Assembly: GCA_029858565.1 (NCBI GenBank)
Contig: JAOUEV010000039.1
Location: forward strand, 1-34,016
Direction of reading: 5' to 3'
From: Nitrospirota bacterium
Lineage (GTDB): Bacteria; Nitrospirota; UBA9217
DNA length: 34,016 nucleotides
Of this stretch, positions 16,477 through 27,700 are shown piece after piece; within the stretch, counting starts at the first letter, position 1; each line of letters starts with the position of its first letter. A model generated the notes under the pieces. That model did no database searches. It saw nothing but the letters and a program-made list of their open reading frames with translations, and was not told the origin of the DNA. A program made the position numbers and the translations under genes.

Positions 16477-18378
16477 CTACCCGCGCAGGACCCGCTTGTC
16501 ACCGACGCGCTGGGTGAGCTTCTGGGAATCGAAGTACTCCAGCAGGGGAACAGCGAACTTGCGCGAGGTCTTCGCAATGTCCCGGAACTCGGCCACGGTG
16601 ATCTCCTTCTTCTCCTGCAGATGCTTTGCAAGATCGCCCCGCATCCGCTCCAGGGCTTCTCGGTCAAGGTAGATCGAATCGTTCACCCGGGCGATCCGGC
16701 CCTCATCAGCGAGCAGCCGGAGCAGGTCCCGGGCATCGCGGTCCGATATCTTGAACAGCTCAGGCAGCTCCTCGCGGACCGGAGGCTGAGAGCCGCCTTT
16801 TTTGATGGCATCAACGATCTTGTCCTTGATAGCTCCCTGGTCCTTGCCGATCGCGGCCCTGAATCCCGGCATCCTGAGCCTGGCTCCTTCGGCATCGAGC
16901 TGTTTCTTCTTGACCAGTCCCTCCACGGTCATGTTCAGCAGCTTGGGATGAAGCCTGAGCTTGAGCGTGCCTTTGAGCTCTTCCTTTTCCAGCCCTGGCT
17001 TGAGCGGATTGGCCTGGTGATAGTTGGCAACGGCCTGGAGTATCTTCTTCTCGAACTCGGCAAGATGGTTCATGTGCACGAACAGGTTGTCCACCCGGGC
17101 AAGGACCTTCTTCTGCACCAGCGAGGAAAGTGCGTTCAGGACCGCCTGCTTGTCAGCGGCGACCGTGCCGATGGCCTCGTTCTCTTCCATGCCCGCGAGC
17201 GCCCGGGACGCGATCAGCAGACCGAGCTTTTCGTCGAGCGTGCCTTGTGCAAGCACCGAGAGGTCCCTGACCGATTCGGCCATGGTGCGGGTCTTGTGCC
17301 TTCGGGGACGGGGATTCAGCACCATGCCGCCGCCCAGGGTCTCGACAGGTGAGTAAAAGCGGATGATGTACCGGTCGCCGTGCTGGATGATGACCGGCGA
17401 CTCAAGGCGGAACTGGACATAGCCTTCCTCGCCGGGTTTCAGTTCATTCACGCCGAGCACTGTTACGCGGCCGATGGCTTCCTGGGTGGTGTTGTAAAAG
17501 CGGACGCGCGTGCCCGTCTTGATGGTCCGGGCGGAACTTTTCAGCATGCTGAGCGAAGCATCGATGTTCCGGGTCGGCGCGTAGAAACCGCGGGTGACGA
17601 TGATGTCGCCGCGGGAGAGCTGGTCCTTTTCCACGCCCTGGAGGTTCACAGCCGTGCGCTGGCCCGCGACGGCGCGCTGGCTTGCCTTGCCGTGGGACTG
17701 GATCCCCCGGACCTTGGTCGTGATCCCCCGGGGGAGGATGTCCACTTCCTGGTCCTGGCTGATGGACCCGGAGTGGAGCGTGCCGGTGATCACGGTGCCG
17801 AAGCCCTTCATGGTGAAAACACGGTCTATGGGAAGGCGAAGAATGCCGTTCGACGACTTGGGAGCAACATCCTTGGCAAGCCTGTCCAGCTCCTGTTTCA
17901 GCGCGTCAAGGCCTTCAGCGGTCTTTGAGGAGACGGGGACGATCGGCGCTTTCTCAAGAAAGGTGCCTTTGACAAAGTCCCGGACCTCCTCCTGTACCAG
18001 GCCGAGCCATTCCTTGTCCACCATGTCCATCTTGGTCAGCGCGATAAGGCCCTGCTTGACCTGGAGAAGGTCGCAGATCGCGAGATGCTCGCGGGTCTGG
18101 GGCATGATGCTCTCGTCTGCGGCGATCACGAGCATCACAATGTCGATACCGCCGACGCCGGCAAGCATGTTCTTGATGAGCCCTTCATGACCGGGTACGT
18201 CAACGATGCCGAGCCGGTTGCCCGAGGGCAGGTCCAGGGACGCGAACCCGAGGTCAAGCGTGATTCCGCGCTCTTTCTCTTCCTTCAAACGGTCGGGATC
18301 AGTGCCGGTGAGTGCCTTGACAAGGCTGGATTTTCCGTGGTCGATGTGGCCGGCGGTGCCGAGGATGATGTATTTCAT
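16477..18378 (-). CDS. selB: Selenocysteine-specific translation elongation factor
   Basis: [39 protein letters not shown]-terminal winged-helix [13 protein letters not shown]. Confidence 0.98.
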   Translation of the reverse strand: MKYIILGTAGHIDHGKSSLVKALTGTDPDRLKEEKERGITLDLGFASLDLPSGNRLGIVDVPGHEGLIKNMLAGVGGIDIVMLVIAADESIMPQTREHLAICDLLQVKQGLIALTKMDMVDKEWLGLVQEEVRDFVKGTFLEKAPIVPVSSKTAEGLDALKQELDRLAKDVAPKSSNGILRLPIDRVFTMKGFGTVITGTLHSGSISQDQEVDILPRGITTKVRGIQSHGKASQRAVAGQRTAVNLQGVEKDQLSRGDIIVTRGFYAPTRNIDASLSMLKSSARTIKTGTRVRFYNTTQEAIGRVTVLGVNELKPGEEGYVQFRLESPVIIQHGDRYIIRFYSPVETLGGGMVLNPRPRRHKTRTMAESVRDLSVLAQGTLDEKLGLLIASRALAGMEENEAIGTVAADKQAVLNALSSLVQKKVLARVDNLFVHMNHLAEFEKKILQAVANYHQANPLKPGLEKEELKGTLKLRLHPKLLNMTVEGLVKKKQLDAEGARLRMPGFRAAIGKDQGAIKDKIVDAIKKGGSQPPVREELPELFKISDRDARDLLRLLADEGRIARVNDSIYLDREALERMRGDLAKHLQEKKEITVAEFRDIAKTSRKFAVPLLEYFDSQKLTQRVGDKRVLRG

Positions 18379-18453
18379 AGGTTCGGTAGCCAGGGTCCTG
18401 TAGTCGGTGTGAAAAGACGAGATAGTTGTTTGTCGGATCTGAAGTTGACCAGG

Positions 18454-19875
18454 CTACCGGACGAGGGTCGCCGGGTCCTGCAGTATCTTTCCCATGGATT
18501 CCACGATCTTCCCGATCTCGCTGTCGTTCAGGGTCCGGGGATCGAAAAGCACCATGCCTTCCTTTATACGCGTGATCACGGCAGGGGAGCCGAGCCGGAG
18601 CCGCGATTCCATTTCATTTGCGCTCAATGTCTTATGGCTGACAGCGACCACCCGGGTCGGCAGTTTGCCCGTGGGAAGAGCGCCGCCGCCGGTCTGGGAC
18701 AGATCATCGTGGATCGAAACAGCCAGGCCGGGCATGGACAGACCATTGATTCCAGCGGCAAGCAGGTCCGCTTTGCGCTGGACCTCGGCGAGCGGCTGGG
18801 TAAGCATCCAGAGCGTGGGAATGTCCCGTGTTGCCTTTTCCATGTCCAGGTACTGGCCGAGCGTCGCTTCCAGGGCCGCAAGCGTCATTTTATCGATCCT
18901 GAGCGCCCTGGCAAGGGGATTTGAGCGTATGGCGTCGAGATGCTTCTTTCCTCCCAGGATCATGCCGGCCTGGGGACCGCCCAGAAGTTTGTCTCCGCTG
19001 AAGGTGAGGACATCTACACCAGCGTCCATTGCCTGCCTGACCGTAGGTTCGTCGCCGATGCCGTAGGACGCCAAGTCGAGCAAACTGCCGCTTCCAAGGT
19101 CCCACATCACCGGGATGTTCTTCTTTTTGCCGAGACCGGCAAGCTCCGCCGGTGTTACTTCCTTCGTGAACCCGACGATCTTGTAGTTGCTCGTGTGGAC
19201 CTTGAGCAGCAGGCCGGTGTTCTCGTTGATGGCCTTCTCGTAGTCTTTCAGGTGGGTCTTGTTCGTGGCGCCTACCTCGCGGAGGATGGCGCCGCTGCGC
19301 TCCATTACCTCGGGAACGCGGAAGGAACCGCCGATCTCGACCAGTTCGCCCCGCGAAACGATGACCTCTTTGCCACGCGCAAGGGTGTTCAGGCAGAGCA
19401 GAACCGCAGCCGCGTTGTTGTTCACCGCGGTAGCTGCTTCGGATCCGGTCAGCCTGGAAAGGATGCCCTCGATGTGCGTATGGCGCTTGCCGCGCTCTCC
19501 TGCGGAAATGTCATATTCAAGGTTCGAATAGCTGCGATTGACGGCTATGATCCTTTCGATCGCGGCTTCCGAAAGAATGGACCTGCCAAGGTTGGTGTGC
19601 ACCACAACGCCGGTTGCGTTGATGAGGGGGCGGAGGCTCGGTTCCATCAGGCGGGCAAGGATCTCTTCAGCATGCGAGACGATTCCGGAGACCGGGATCT
19701 CCCGGTCCTGGCCGCTCTTGCCGGCGCTCTCCAGGATCGATTTCCGCCTGCTGTCCAGCGCCTTTCTGATGGCCTCAAGAACGAGCACGCGCGGATGGGT
19801 TTCGAGGAGGTGCCTGATCCGGTCATGCTTCAGGAGTTCATCGACAGAGGGCAATTGCCGCAGGAGCTCTTTCAT
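18454..19875 (-). CDS. selA: L-seryl-tRNA(Sec) selenium transferase; start revised to ATG 19875
   Basis: LRQLPSVDELL, INATGVVVHTNLGR, VNNNAAAV, SRGELVEIGGSFR, FSGDKLLGGPQAG (PLP Lys). The longer ORF to 20274 overlaps a divergent gene. Confidence 0.97.
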   Translation of the reverse strand: MKELLRQLPSVDELLKHDRIRHLLETHPRVLVLEAIRKALDSRRKSILESAGKSGQDREIPVSGIVSHAEEILARLMEPSLRPLINATGVVVHTNLGRSILSEAAIERIIAVNRSYSNLEYDISAGERGKRHTHIEGILSRLTGSEAATAVNNNAAAVLLCLNTLARGKEVIVSRGELVEIGGSFRVPEVMERSGAILREVGATNKTHLKDYEKAINENTGLLLKVHTSNYKIVGFTKEVTPAELAGLGKKKNIPVMWDLGSGSLLDLASYGIGDEPTVRQAMDAGVDVLTFSGDKLLGGPQAGMILGGKKHLDAIRSNPLARALRIDKMTLAALEATLGQYLDMEKATRDIPTLWMLTQPLAEVQRKADLLAAGINGLSMPGLAVSIHDDLSQTGGGALPTGKLPTRVVAVSHKTLSANEMESRLRLGSPAVITRIKEGMVLFDPRTLNDSEIGKIVESMGKILQDPATLVR

Positions 19876-19881
19876 GACCGT

Positions 19882-19910
19882 AACATAGCATAGAAAGCGG
19901 CTGATATCAA
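19882..19910 (-). promoter_or_regulatory. Sigma70 promoter directly upstream of the selA start codon
   Basis: Minus strand: TTGATA-17 nt-(TGn)TATGTT-6 nt-ATG. Confidence 0.6.
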
Positions 19911-19992
19911 CAGGTTCATGAGAAAGCGTCACCTGTCCAGTGATGCTCTTTCCCTTGACAGGGGGGAATGGATATGTCACTGTGTCTCTACC

Positions 19993-21009
19993 ATGAACAG
20001 GCGTGAATTCATCAGGAACCTGACGATCGCGGGAGCCGCGGCTGCAACTCCGCTCCTGGGAGATCGGTTCATCCCTTTTGCGGAAGCAGCCGACATCCCG
20101 ACGTTCAGCTTTGCCCACATAACAGACCTGCATCTTGATGTGAAAGGGGTGAGCAACTGGCAGCACAGGGAGAAGAGCGTGCCGCTGTTCATTGATACGC
20201 TCAGACAACTGGGCCGTCTGCCGCAGCTCAAGTTCGTTATTTTCGGCGGCGATCAGATCCACGCCGGGCCCCATGATCGCGAATCGCTCTATGTGTTCAA
20301 TGAATGGTCAAAGCAGCTGGCAGTGCCCTATTACATCCTGCTCGGGAACATGGAAGTGTCGCCTGTCGCAGGCGTCTCAACGCTGACAACAGAGGATTAC
20401 CTTTCGGCCTGGAGGGGCCGCGGCGTGGCGCCCGGCAGGACCTCCTGGACAGCTGACCCCGTGAGCACGGTACGGGTGATAGGGTTCGATGTGACCGTGG
20501 AAGGGAGGCCCTACGGCGAAGCGGGACCGGAGCGTCTTGCCTGGCTCAGGAAACAGCTGAGGGCGGCGAAAAAGAAGAAGCTGGTGATCCTTGCGACCCA
20601 TCAATTGCTGCTGCCGACCACGCCCCGGGATACCATGCCGGAATGGTCCCTCTGGATGGTCCGCAACCATGCTGTGGTGCGGGAACTGCTGGAACAGCAT
20701 CCCAATGTGCGGCTCGTGGTCTCAGGTCATCATCACGCGACCAAGGTGGATACGGTGAACGGAGTCACCTACGCGGCCGATCCATCGACCGTGACCTACC
20801 CATGCGCCTTCAGGCTTTTTTCCGTGACCCCCCAGGGCATCGCGATCCGCAGCGTGGGACTGGACGAACGTGCCGCGGTCAGTAAGGCCAGGGAACTGCT
20901 GCTCGCCGACCCCTATGCCCGCCTCTATGATCCCCAGCAGCCGGAGAACGTCCTGTCCTACAGTATCGGCTTGACAGAGCAGGACCGGGAGTCGCTCATA
21001 CCCCTCTGA
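19993..21009 (+). CDS. Tat-exported calcineurin-like metallophosphoesterase
   Basis: Twin-arginine NRREFI, signal ending AEA; DLH, GGDQ, GNME, H, GHHH motifs. Confidence 0.88.
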   Translation: MNRREFIRNLTIAGAAAATPLLGDRFIPFAEAADIPTFSFAHITDLHLDVKGVSNWQHREKSVPLFIDTLRQLGRLPQLKFVIFGGDQIHAGPHDRESLYVFNEWSKQLAVPYYILLGNMEVSPVAGVSTLTTEDYLSAWRGRGVAPGRTSWTADPVSTVRVIGFDVTVEGRPYGEAGPERLAWLRKQLRAAKKKKLVILATHQLLLPTTPRDTMPEWSLWMVRNHAVVRELLEQHPNVRLVVSGHHHATKVDTVNGVTYAADPSTVTYPCAFRLFSVTPQGIAIRSVGLDERAAVSKARELLLADPYARLYDPQQPENVLSYSIGLTEQDRESLIPL

Positions 21010-21067
21010 CAGCGCACCGCATATTTTTCACCATCCAGCGCCTCCGCAGCTCGCCAAACACCGGTGA

Positions 21068-22045
21068 TCAGAAAACGATCCACGATCCAGCCAGGAAGAG
21101 TCCCACCATCACCAGCCACCCGAGAAATACGATTAACACAGGTTTCAATCCAACGTCAAAGATCGATTCAAGCTCTATGGAGAGGCCGATGCCGGCCAAT
21201 GCGACGGAAAAGACAAATGTCGCGAAGGGGCCGGCAAAGGACCTGAATGCATCCGCTCCGGGCACGAAATTCACAATTAGCGCCATCACAAGGGACCAGA
21301 TCAGGTACCAGGGGATCGGATTGCGCTGTGCGCCGCGGTCGGCCAGGAACGAAAAGGCGATCGCCACCGGCAGAAGCGCTCCCACGCGAAGCAGTTTGAC
21401 GGGAAGCGCGATCTCCATGGCCTCCCTGCTGATCAGCGATGCCGCGGCCTTGACCTGTCCCACCTGAAAGAGCGTGGAACCGCACAAAAGCGCATAGGTG
21501 TGATCGGACAGGGAGAACAGTTCCTGGAGAAGGGGGTAGGCGATCACGCCGGAAAGGCCGAGCACCGTGATGGACAGCAAAGCCACCGAAGTGTCCTCTT
21601 TCCTGGCCTTGAGGACCGGCGACAGGACCACGATCGCCGAGGCTCCGCAGATCGAAGAGCCGGCGGCAAGCAGCAGGCCCAGGTTCCTGTCTATCCCGAA
21701 CCGCTTCGAAAGCTGCGTGACAGCGGCCAATGTCGCCAGGACCATGAGGATGACGTAAATGACCGGCGCGATGCCGAGACGTCCGAGCGGACGGATATCC
21801 ATCTGCGATCCATAGAGAATAATACCCAGGGGGATGATGTACCGGTGGGAAAGTACGACCCCGGCGAAAAGCGCCGGGGTCGGGCCGGCAAGATTGCCGA
21901 TGATCATGCTGATCAGCATCGACAGGACAAGAGGATCGAGCGCATGGTTGCCCATAGAGAGAAGGAAGGAAACGGTCGCGATCAGGACCGCTGTGCCCAG
22001 TCCGGGCAGGGGAGACAAAGCGGGCTTCTCCGGCATGTCCTGCAT
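21068..22045 (-). CDS. YeiH/UPF0324 putative sulfate exporter family membrane protein
   Basis: AGGAGG RBS; multiple TM segments; GSSICGASAI signature, VKLLRV, ALAGIGL. Confidence 0.88.
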   Translation of the reverse strand: MQDMPEKPALSPLPGLGTAVLIATVSFLLSMGNHALDPLVLSMLISMIIGNLAGPTPALFAGVVLSHRYIIPLGIILYGSQMDIRPLGRLGIAPVIYVILMVLATLAAVTQLSKRFGIDRNLGLLLAAGSSICGASAIVVLSPVLKARKEDTSVALLSITVLGLSGVIAYPLLQELFSLSDHTYALLCGSTLFQVGQVKAAASLISREAMEIALPVKLLRVGALLPVAIAFSFLADRGAQRNPIPWYLIWSLVMALIVNFVPGADAFRSFAGPFATFVFSVALAGIGLSIELESIFDVGLKPVLIVFLGWLVMVGLFLAGSWIVF

Positions 22046-22096
22046 GGTTCCCGACCTCCTGGTGCTGCCCCGGCCGGCGGCGCGTCCGCGGGCAGA

Positions 22097-24241
22097 TCAT
22101 TCGCTCATGAGGGAAAAATCGATACGCTTCCGGTCTCGATCAACGCGATCGACCCTGATCGTCACGCTGTCGCCTATGCGGAAAACGCGTTTCTTCCGTT
22201 CGCCGCGCAGGCAGTGGCGGTTCTCGATGTAGTGGTAGTAGTCGTCGGTCAGCGTTGAAACGTGCACGAGACCCTCGACATAGAGGTTCTTGAGCTGAAT
22301 AAAGAGCCCGAATGCCGTTACCCCGGTGATCACGCCTTCGTAGACCTCGCCCAGTTTGTCCTCCATGAATCGGACCTTGAGCATGGCGACCACGTCGCGC
22401 TCCGCCTCCATGGCAACGCGTTCCCGCCTGGAACAGTGCTCGGCGGCTCCGGACAGATATTCGGCGAGCTTGTCTGTCTCAGCTTCATCACGGTACCCGT
22501 TACGGAAGAGCGCCTTCAGAATGCGATGGACGATCAGGTCCGGATAGCGGCGGATCGGCGAGGTGAAGTGCGTATAGGTCTCGGCGGCCAGGCCGAAATG
22601 GCCCGCGTTCTCATCGGCATAGCGGGCCTGTTTCATGGTGCGCAGGACAACGGTGTTCACGATCGCTTCCTCGGGGCTGCCCTTGACCGACTGCACGGCC
22701 CGCTGGATATGAGTTGATTTCATCTTGTCTGCCGGGGGGAGCGTGATGCCGATGGTCGCCAGGAACTCCGCGAGGTCAGCGAGCTTTTCCTCGGAAGGTT
22801 CCTCGTGAACGCGATAGATGAACGGTATCTCCAGTCCTTCCACATGACCAGCCACGGTCTCATTGGCCGCAAGCATGAATTCCTCGATGATCTGGTGGGC
22901 GATGTTCCGCTCGGAACGGACGATGTCGGTCATCTGGCCCTGCAGGTTCAGGATGATCTCCGGTTCGGGAAGGTCGAAATCGATGCTGCCCCGCTTGGTC
23001 CGTTTTACCCTGAGGGCTTCCATGAGCTCGGCCATGAGCTCGAACTGGGGGAGAAGGTGTTCATACCGTCCGCGCACGTCCCGGTCCCGGTCGGTCAGGA
23101 TCCTGCGCACGTCGGTATAGGTCATGCGCTCATTGCTCTTGATGACGCTTTCGTACAGATCGTACCGCTTGACCGCGCCTGACGGGTCGATGTCCATCTC
23201 CGCGGTGAGCGTGAGGCGCTCCACCTTGGGATTGAGGCTGCAGATGCCGTTCGAAAGCTCCTCCGGCAGCATGGGAATGGCGCGGTCCGGAAGGTACACG
23301 CTGGTGCCGCGAAGGTAGGCCTCCTGGTCCAGGAACGAGCCCTCGGTCACATACTGCGCCACATCGGCGATATGGACCCAGAGCTTCCATCCGCCACGGA
23401 TCTTCTCGATGGAGACCGCGTCGTCGAAGTCCCTGGCCTTTTCCCCGTCGATCGTCACCGTGGGAAGGTCCCGGAGGTCGCGCCGTCCCTTGCGCAGGGC
23501 AGGGGTGACCTCCCGGGGAACCGCGCTTGCCTCTTCCCTGCAGGCGGGAGAAAAGGCCACGGGAAGTTCATGCTCCTCGATGATCAGGTCTGCTTCGATG
23601 CCCGGGTCCCCGGGCCGGCCGATGACCTTGGCGATCCTGCCTTCGGCTGGCCTGCCGCGCAAGGGATAGGTCAGTATCTCCGCGGAAACGATGTCCCCGG
23701 GCTTTGCCGCGCCCACATGCTCCGCCGCGATGAAAAGGTCCTGCATCAGGCGCTGGTCAGAAGGCGTGACAAAACCGTGCCGCTCAGTTTTGAGCGCTGA
23801 AAGCTCGAACACTCCCACGACCCTTGTGTGGGAACGCTCCAGGATGCGGATGATGGACCCCTCGCGCTTGCCTGTGGCCTTTTTCCTGCCCGCCGGCGGG
23901 TTGACCCGCACCATCACCTTGTCGCCGTCCATGGCGTCGAGCCGCGCGGCCGCGGGAATGTAAACGTCGGTCTTGCCCTTTTTCTCGGGAAGCAGGAACC
24001 CGAAGCCCGCGGAGTGGGCCTGGAACGTGCCGGTCTCAAGGTCCATTTTCTCCGGCGTGCCGAACCGGTTTCCCCGCGTGCGGACGATGGCGCCTTCGGT
24101 GACCAGTTCGCCCAGGAGATGCTTGAGCACCTTGCGGTCCGCCGTGGTGACCTTGAAGAGACGCATGAGCTCCCTGACCAGCAGGGGCCTGCCGGAGCGG
24201 GTCTGGAAGAACTTGAGGATGTCTTTTTTCGAAAGGTTCAT
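22097..24241 (-). CDS. rnr: Ribonuclease R
   Basis: TIDGEKARDFDDAV, HIADV, LSNGICSLNP, IEEFMLAAN, YTHFTSPIRRYPDL, C-terminal S1 domain. Confidence 0.97.
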   Translation of the reverse strand: MNLSKKDILKFFQTRSGRPLLVRELMRLFKVTTADRKVLKHLLGELVTEGAIVRTRGNRFGTPEKMDLETGTFQAHSAGFGFLLPEKKGKTDVYIPAAARLDAMDGDKVMVRVNPPAGRKKATGKREGSIIRILERSHTRVVGVFELSALKTERHGFVTPSDQRLMQDLFIAAEHVGAAKPGDIVSAEILTYPLRGRPAEGRIAKVIGRPGDPGIEADLIIEEHELPVAFSPACREEASAVPREVTPALRKGRRDLRDLPTVTIDGEKARDFDDAVSIEKIRGGWKLWVHIADVAQYVTEGSFLDQEAYLRGTSVYLPDRAIPMLPEELSNGICSLNPKVERLTLTAEMDIDPSGAVKRYDLYESVIKSNERMTYTDVRRILTDRDRDVRGRYEHLLPQFELMAELMEALRVKRTKRGSIDFDLPEPEIILNLQGQMTDIVRSERNIAHQIIEEFMLAANETVAGHVEGLEIPFIYRVHEEPSEEKLADLAEFLATIGITLPPADKMKSTHIQRAVQSVKGSPEEAIVNTVVLRTMKQARYADENAGHFGLAAETYTHFTSPIRRYPDLIVHRILKALFRNGYRDEAETDKLAEYLSGAAEHCSRRERVAMEAERDVVAMLKVRFMEDKLGEVYEGVITGVTAFGLFIQLKNLYVEGLVHVSTLTDDYYHYIENRHCLRGERKKRVFRIGDSVTIRVDRVDRDRKRIDFSLMSE

Positions 24242-24299
24242 GAGATTGTTGTACCGCGCTTTCTTTACGTAGATGCATTATTCACTGATTTTGTAGAAG

Positions 24300-24695
24300 C
24301 TATTTTATCCGCAGCAGCTTACCTGTTGCCTCGCTGATCACGACCGGCCCGCGGGATATTGTTGCCTCGGTCTCGATCAACCGCTTCGTCTCGCTGAGGA
24401 TGCGGGCGGTCACGGAGAGCTCGTCGCCGGGTGCGGCAGGGGCCTTGAACTTCACCGTGATCTCCGCGCTCACCGCGGGGATGCCGCAGTGCCGGGCCAA
24501 CTTGACCATGGCCTCGTCAAGGACCGCGGCGATGACGCCGCCGTGGATGACGTTCTCGAATCCCTCGTGCTCTTTGCGCGCCTGGAATATGCCGGACGCA
24601 GTCCGGCCGGCCTTGTTGAGCTCGAAACGCACTTTGAGGCCGAGGGGGTTGTCGTTGCCGCAGACAAAACAGTTCTTCGTGTCGCGAAGATCCAT
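24300..24695 (-). CDS. PaaI family hotdog thioesterase
   Basis: NCFVCGNDNPLGL, HGGVIAAVLDEAM. Confidence 0.9.
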   Translation of the reverse strand: MDLRDTKNCFVCGNDNPLGLKVRFELNKAGRTASGIFQARKEHEGFENVIHGGVIAAVLDEAMVKLARHCGIPAVSAEITVKFKAPAAPGDELSVTARILSETKRLIETEATISRGPVVISEATGKLLRIK

Positions 24696-24740
24696 GGTTC
24701 TCCGTTAGGGGATCAGGCAGGACCGTCCAACTTCAATTCC

Positions 24741-24769
24741 TTGTGTCTCTCAGGTGATGCAAGTATAAT
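24741..24769 (+). promoter_or_regulatory. Sigma70 promoter directly upstream of glnE
   Basis: TTGTGT-17 nt-TATAAT, then 7 nt to GTG 24777. Confidence 0.6.
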
Positions 24770-24776
24770 ATAAAAC

Positions 24777-27700
24777 GTGCGTAATGACAACGAAATACCG
24801 ATAGACCTGTCCGATCTCGAATCGACGGGGATCGCGGACGCCAAACAGGCCAACGTGAACCTGGGGCAGATCCGGCAGCGGATCGGCGACGGATCGTTTG
24901 CAGAAATGCTGCAGCCGATCATCGCCGGTCTCCGTCACTCGGGCGATCCGGACATGGCGCTGAACCACCTGGAACGCTTCCTGGCCGAACTCGATCCTCC
25001 GTCGCTTCTTCTCGATGCTGTCACAAAGAGGCCGCCGTTCCTTACGATGCTGCTGACGCTATTCGGCGCAAGCAGGTTCCTTTCCTCCTATGCGATCTCT
25101 ATTGCCGATGCGACACTGGTCCGGCTGAGCGATCCCGCGTACCTCGCTGCTCCGGCTGAGCATGAGCTTCTTGAAAAGCGATTATCCGGCCTTCTTGCCG
25201 GTCTGTCGCGTGAAGGGGATATCCTTCAGGCGATGCGCAGGTTCCGCAAGGACGAGATGCTGCGGATCGGACTTCGCGATCTCCTGGGCATGGCGGACCT
25301 GTCCGAGACCGTGAGCGAACTGTCCGCTCTTGCCGAGGTAACACTCCAGGCCGCTTATGCCTGGGCGGACGAGAACCTGACAAAACGGTACGGCACGCCG
25401 GGAACAGAGGATGCCGACGGGCGCAGGAGCAGCGTGGGTTTCGCAATCATCGGCATGGGAAAGCTCGGCGGCGGGGAATTGAACTTCAGCTCCGACGTGG
25501 ACCTCATGTACGTGTACGGTGCTGAAGGCGAGACCGAAGGCGTAGTGAACGAGGACGGCGCAAGAACGAACCGCATCACGAACCACCAGTACTTTATCAA
25601 GCTCGGGGAGATGGTCAGTTCAGCCATCGGCAGGAACACTGAAGAGGGCTTCGTGTTCCGGGTCGACCTGCGCCTGCGGCCCGAAGGCCAGCGCGGGCCT
25701 CTTGCCCAGAGCCTGAGCGGATATGAGATCTACTACGAGTCCTGGGGCCAGACCTGGGAACGTTCGGCCTTGATCAAGGCCCGTCGCGTTGCGGGCGATG
25801 AGGTCGTTGGACAGGAGTTCGAGGGCCGCATCCTGCCCTTCATATACCGCAAGTACCTGGATTTCAGCTCCATTGCCGAGATCAGGGACATGAAGCAGAA
25901 GATCAACCGCGAGGTGCAGCTGAAAGGAAAGACCCACCGGGACGTGAAGCTCGGCTACGGCGGCATCCGGGAGATCGAGTTCCTTGTCCAGGCGCTGCAG
26001 CTGATCTACGGCGGCCGCGACAGGACCCTGCGGGAGCGGGGCACCATGAAGGCCCTGCATATCCTTTCGCAGAAAGGCCTCCTGACCTACGAGGAGACGC
26101 GGGACCTGCTCAAGGCCTATGTGTTCCTGCGCACGGTTGAGCACCGGCTCCAGATGCTGAACGATCTCCAGACCCAGACCCTGCCCACAGCGGATGCGGA
26201 ACTGCGCACCCTTGCCCGACGGACCGGGTATCTCCGGACGGGAAGTGAAACAACTGACCTGCTGCGGGATTACCATGAACACGCCAGGAAGGTCAGGAAC
26301 ATCTACGACCAGCTGCTGGACCAGCCCAACGCGCCCGGCGAGGCGCCGGAAAAGCAGGATTTCTCGATCCTCCTTGAGCCGGACACGACGGAGCAGGAGG
26401 CAATCGAGGTGCTGGGAAGATACGGATTCCGCGATACCCGCAAAGCGCACAGGAACATCACGCTTCTTCGGGAAGGCCAGGCATTCACCCACCAGACCCC
26501 GCGAAGCAGGCGGGCCTTTGTCGAGCTCTTTCCACAGCTCTTCAGGGAGGTTGTCGGTTCTCCTGATCCTGACATGGCCTTGAACCATCTGGAGGCCTAT
26601 CTTGGAGCCCAGGGGTCCTGGGATTCCTTCCAGTCGGTGATGCGCCAGGACCCGCGGACCCTGCCGGTGCTGGTTTCGGTCTTCGGCAGCAGCGAATACT
26701 TCTCCCGCATGCTGGTGCGCACGCCCGCGCTCGTGGAAGACCACGCGGACGCAACTGCCGCAGGCGGAAGCATCGGCGCCATGGCCTGCAGGCGGAACCT
26801 CCAGGAAGCCATTGATAAGGCCGTGACGATCACGGACAAGCTCGATGCCCTGCGCTATTTCAAGAAGCGCGAGGAGCTGCACATTGGCATGGCGGATCTA
26901 TCCGGATCGCTTCCGCCGAGACAGGTCTGGAAGGCCCTGTCGCGGCTCGCGGAAGCGTGCCTCTCGGCCGCGCTCAGGCTTGCGGTCGTGGAAACGCAGA
27001 AACGCTATGGCGGAAGCAGCGAGAACGGCGAGTTTCCCGGCCTGGCGGTCGCTGCAGCAGGAAAGCTCGGGGGCAGGGAGATCATCTACGGGTCAGACCT
27101 GGACATCCTCTTTGTGTACGACGAAACGCGGGCGCTGCCGCCTCCGCCCGGTCTGACCGTGTTCGAGCACATGAGCAGGGTCGCGGAAAAGGTCATCTCC
27201 TACCTCACGTCCATGACCCGGGAAGGCGCGGCCTATCGCGTGGACACGCGGCTCAGGCCCACAGGCCAGAAAGGACCGCTGGTCCAGAGCATCGAGGCAT
27301 TCCGGACCTACTTTACAGGCCAGGCAGAGACCTGGGAACGTCAGGCCCTCATATCCCTCAGGGCAACCGCAGGCGACACGGTTGTCGGCAGCAGACTCGA
27401 GGATATCCTGCGCGACCTCATCTACAGGAACAGCGAACCAGCAGCTCTGGCCGCTGATGTGCGGAACATGCGAAAACGCATGCAAACGGAGCTGGCAAAA
27501 GAGGACGCGAACCAGTATGACATCAAACAGGGTGTCGGCGGTCTGGTGGATATAGACTTTACCGCCCAGTACCTGCTGCTGCTCCACGGCAGGGAACACG
27601 CACGGCTCAAGGCGCCGGGAACGATAAACGCGTTGAAGGGTCTGCAGAAAGAACGCCTGCTGTCCACTGAGGATGCCCGGACCCTCATAAATGCCTATGT

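Noticed and set aside
15603-19992. tRNA-Sec (selC) in the intergenic gaps around selAB
   Set aside because: No cloverleaf, T-arm GTTCGA or UCA anticodon arm found in the gaps.
19876-20274. 133-aa N-terminal extension of SelA in the ORF track
   Set aside because: It overlaps the divergent phosphoesterase gene; SelA similarity and a promoter both point to ATG 19875.
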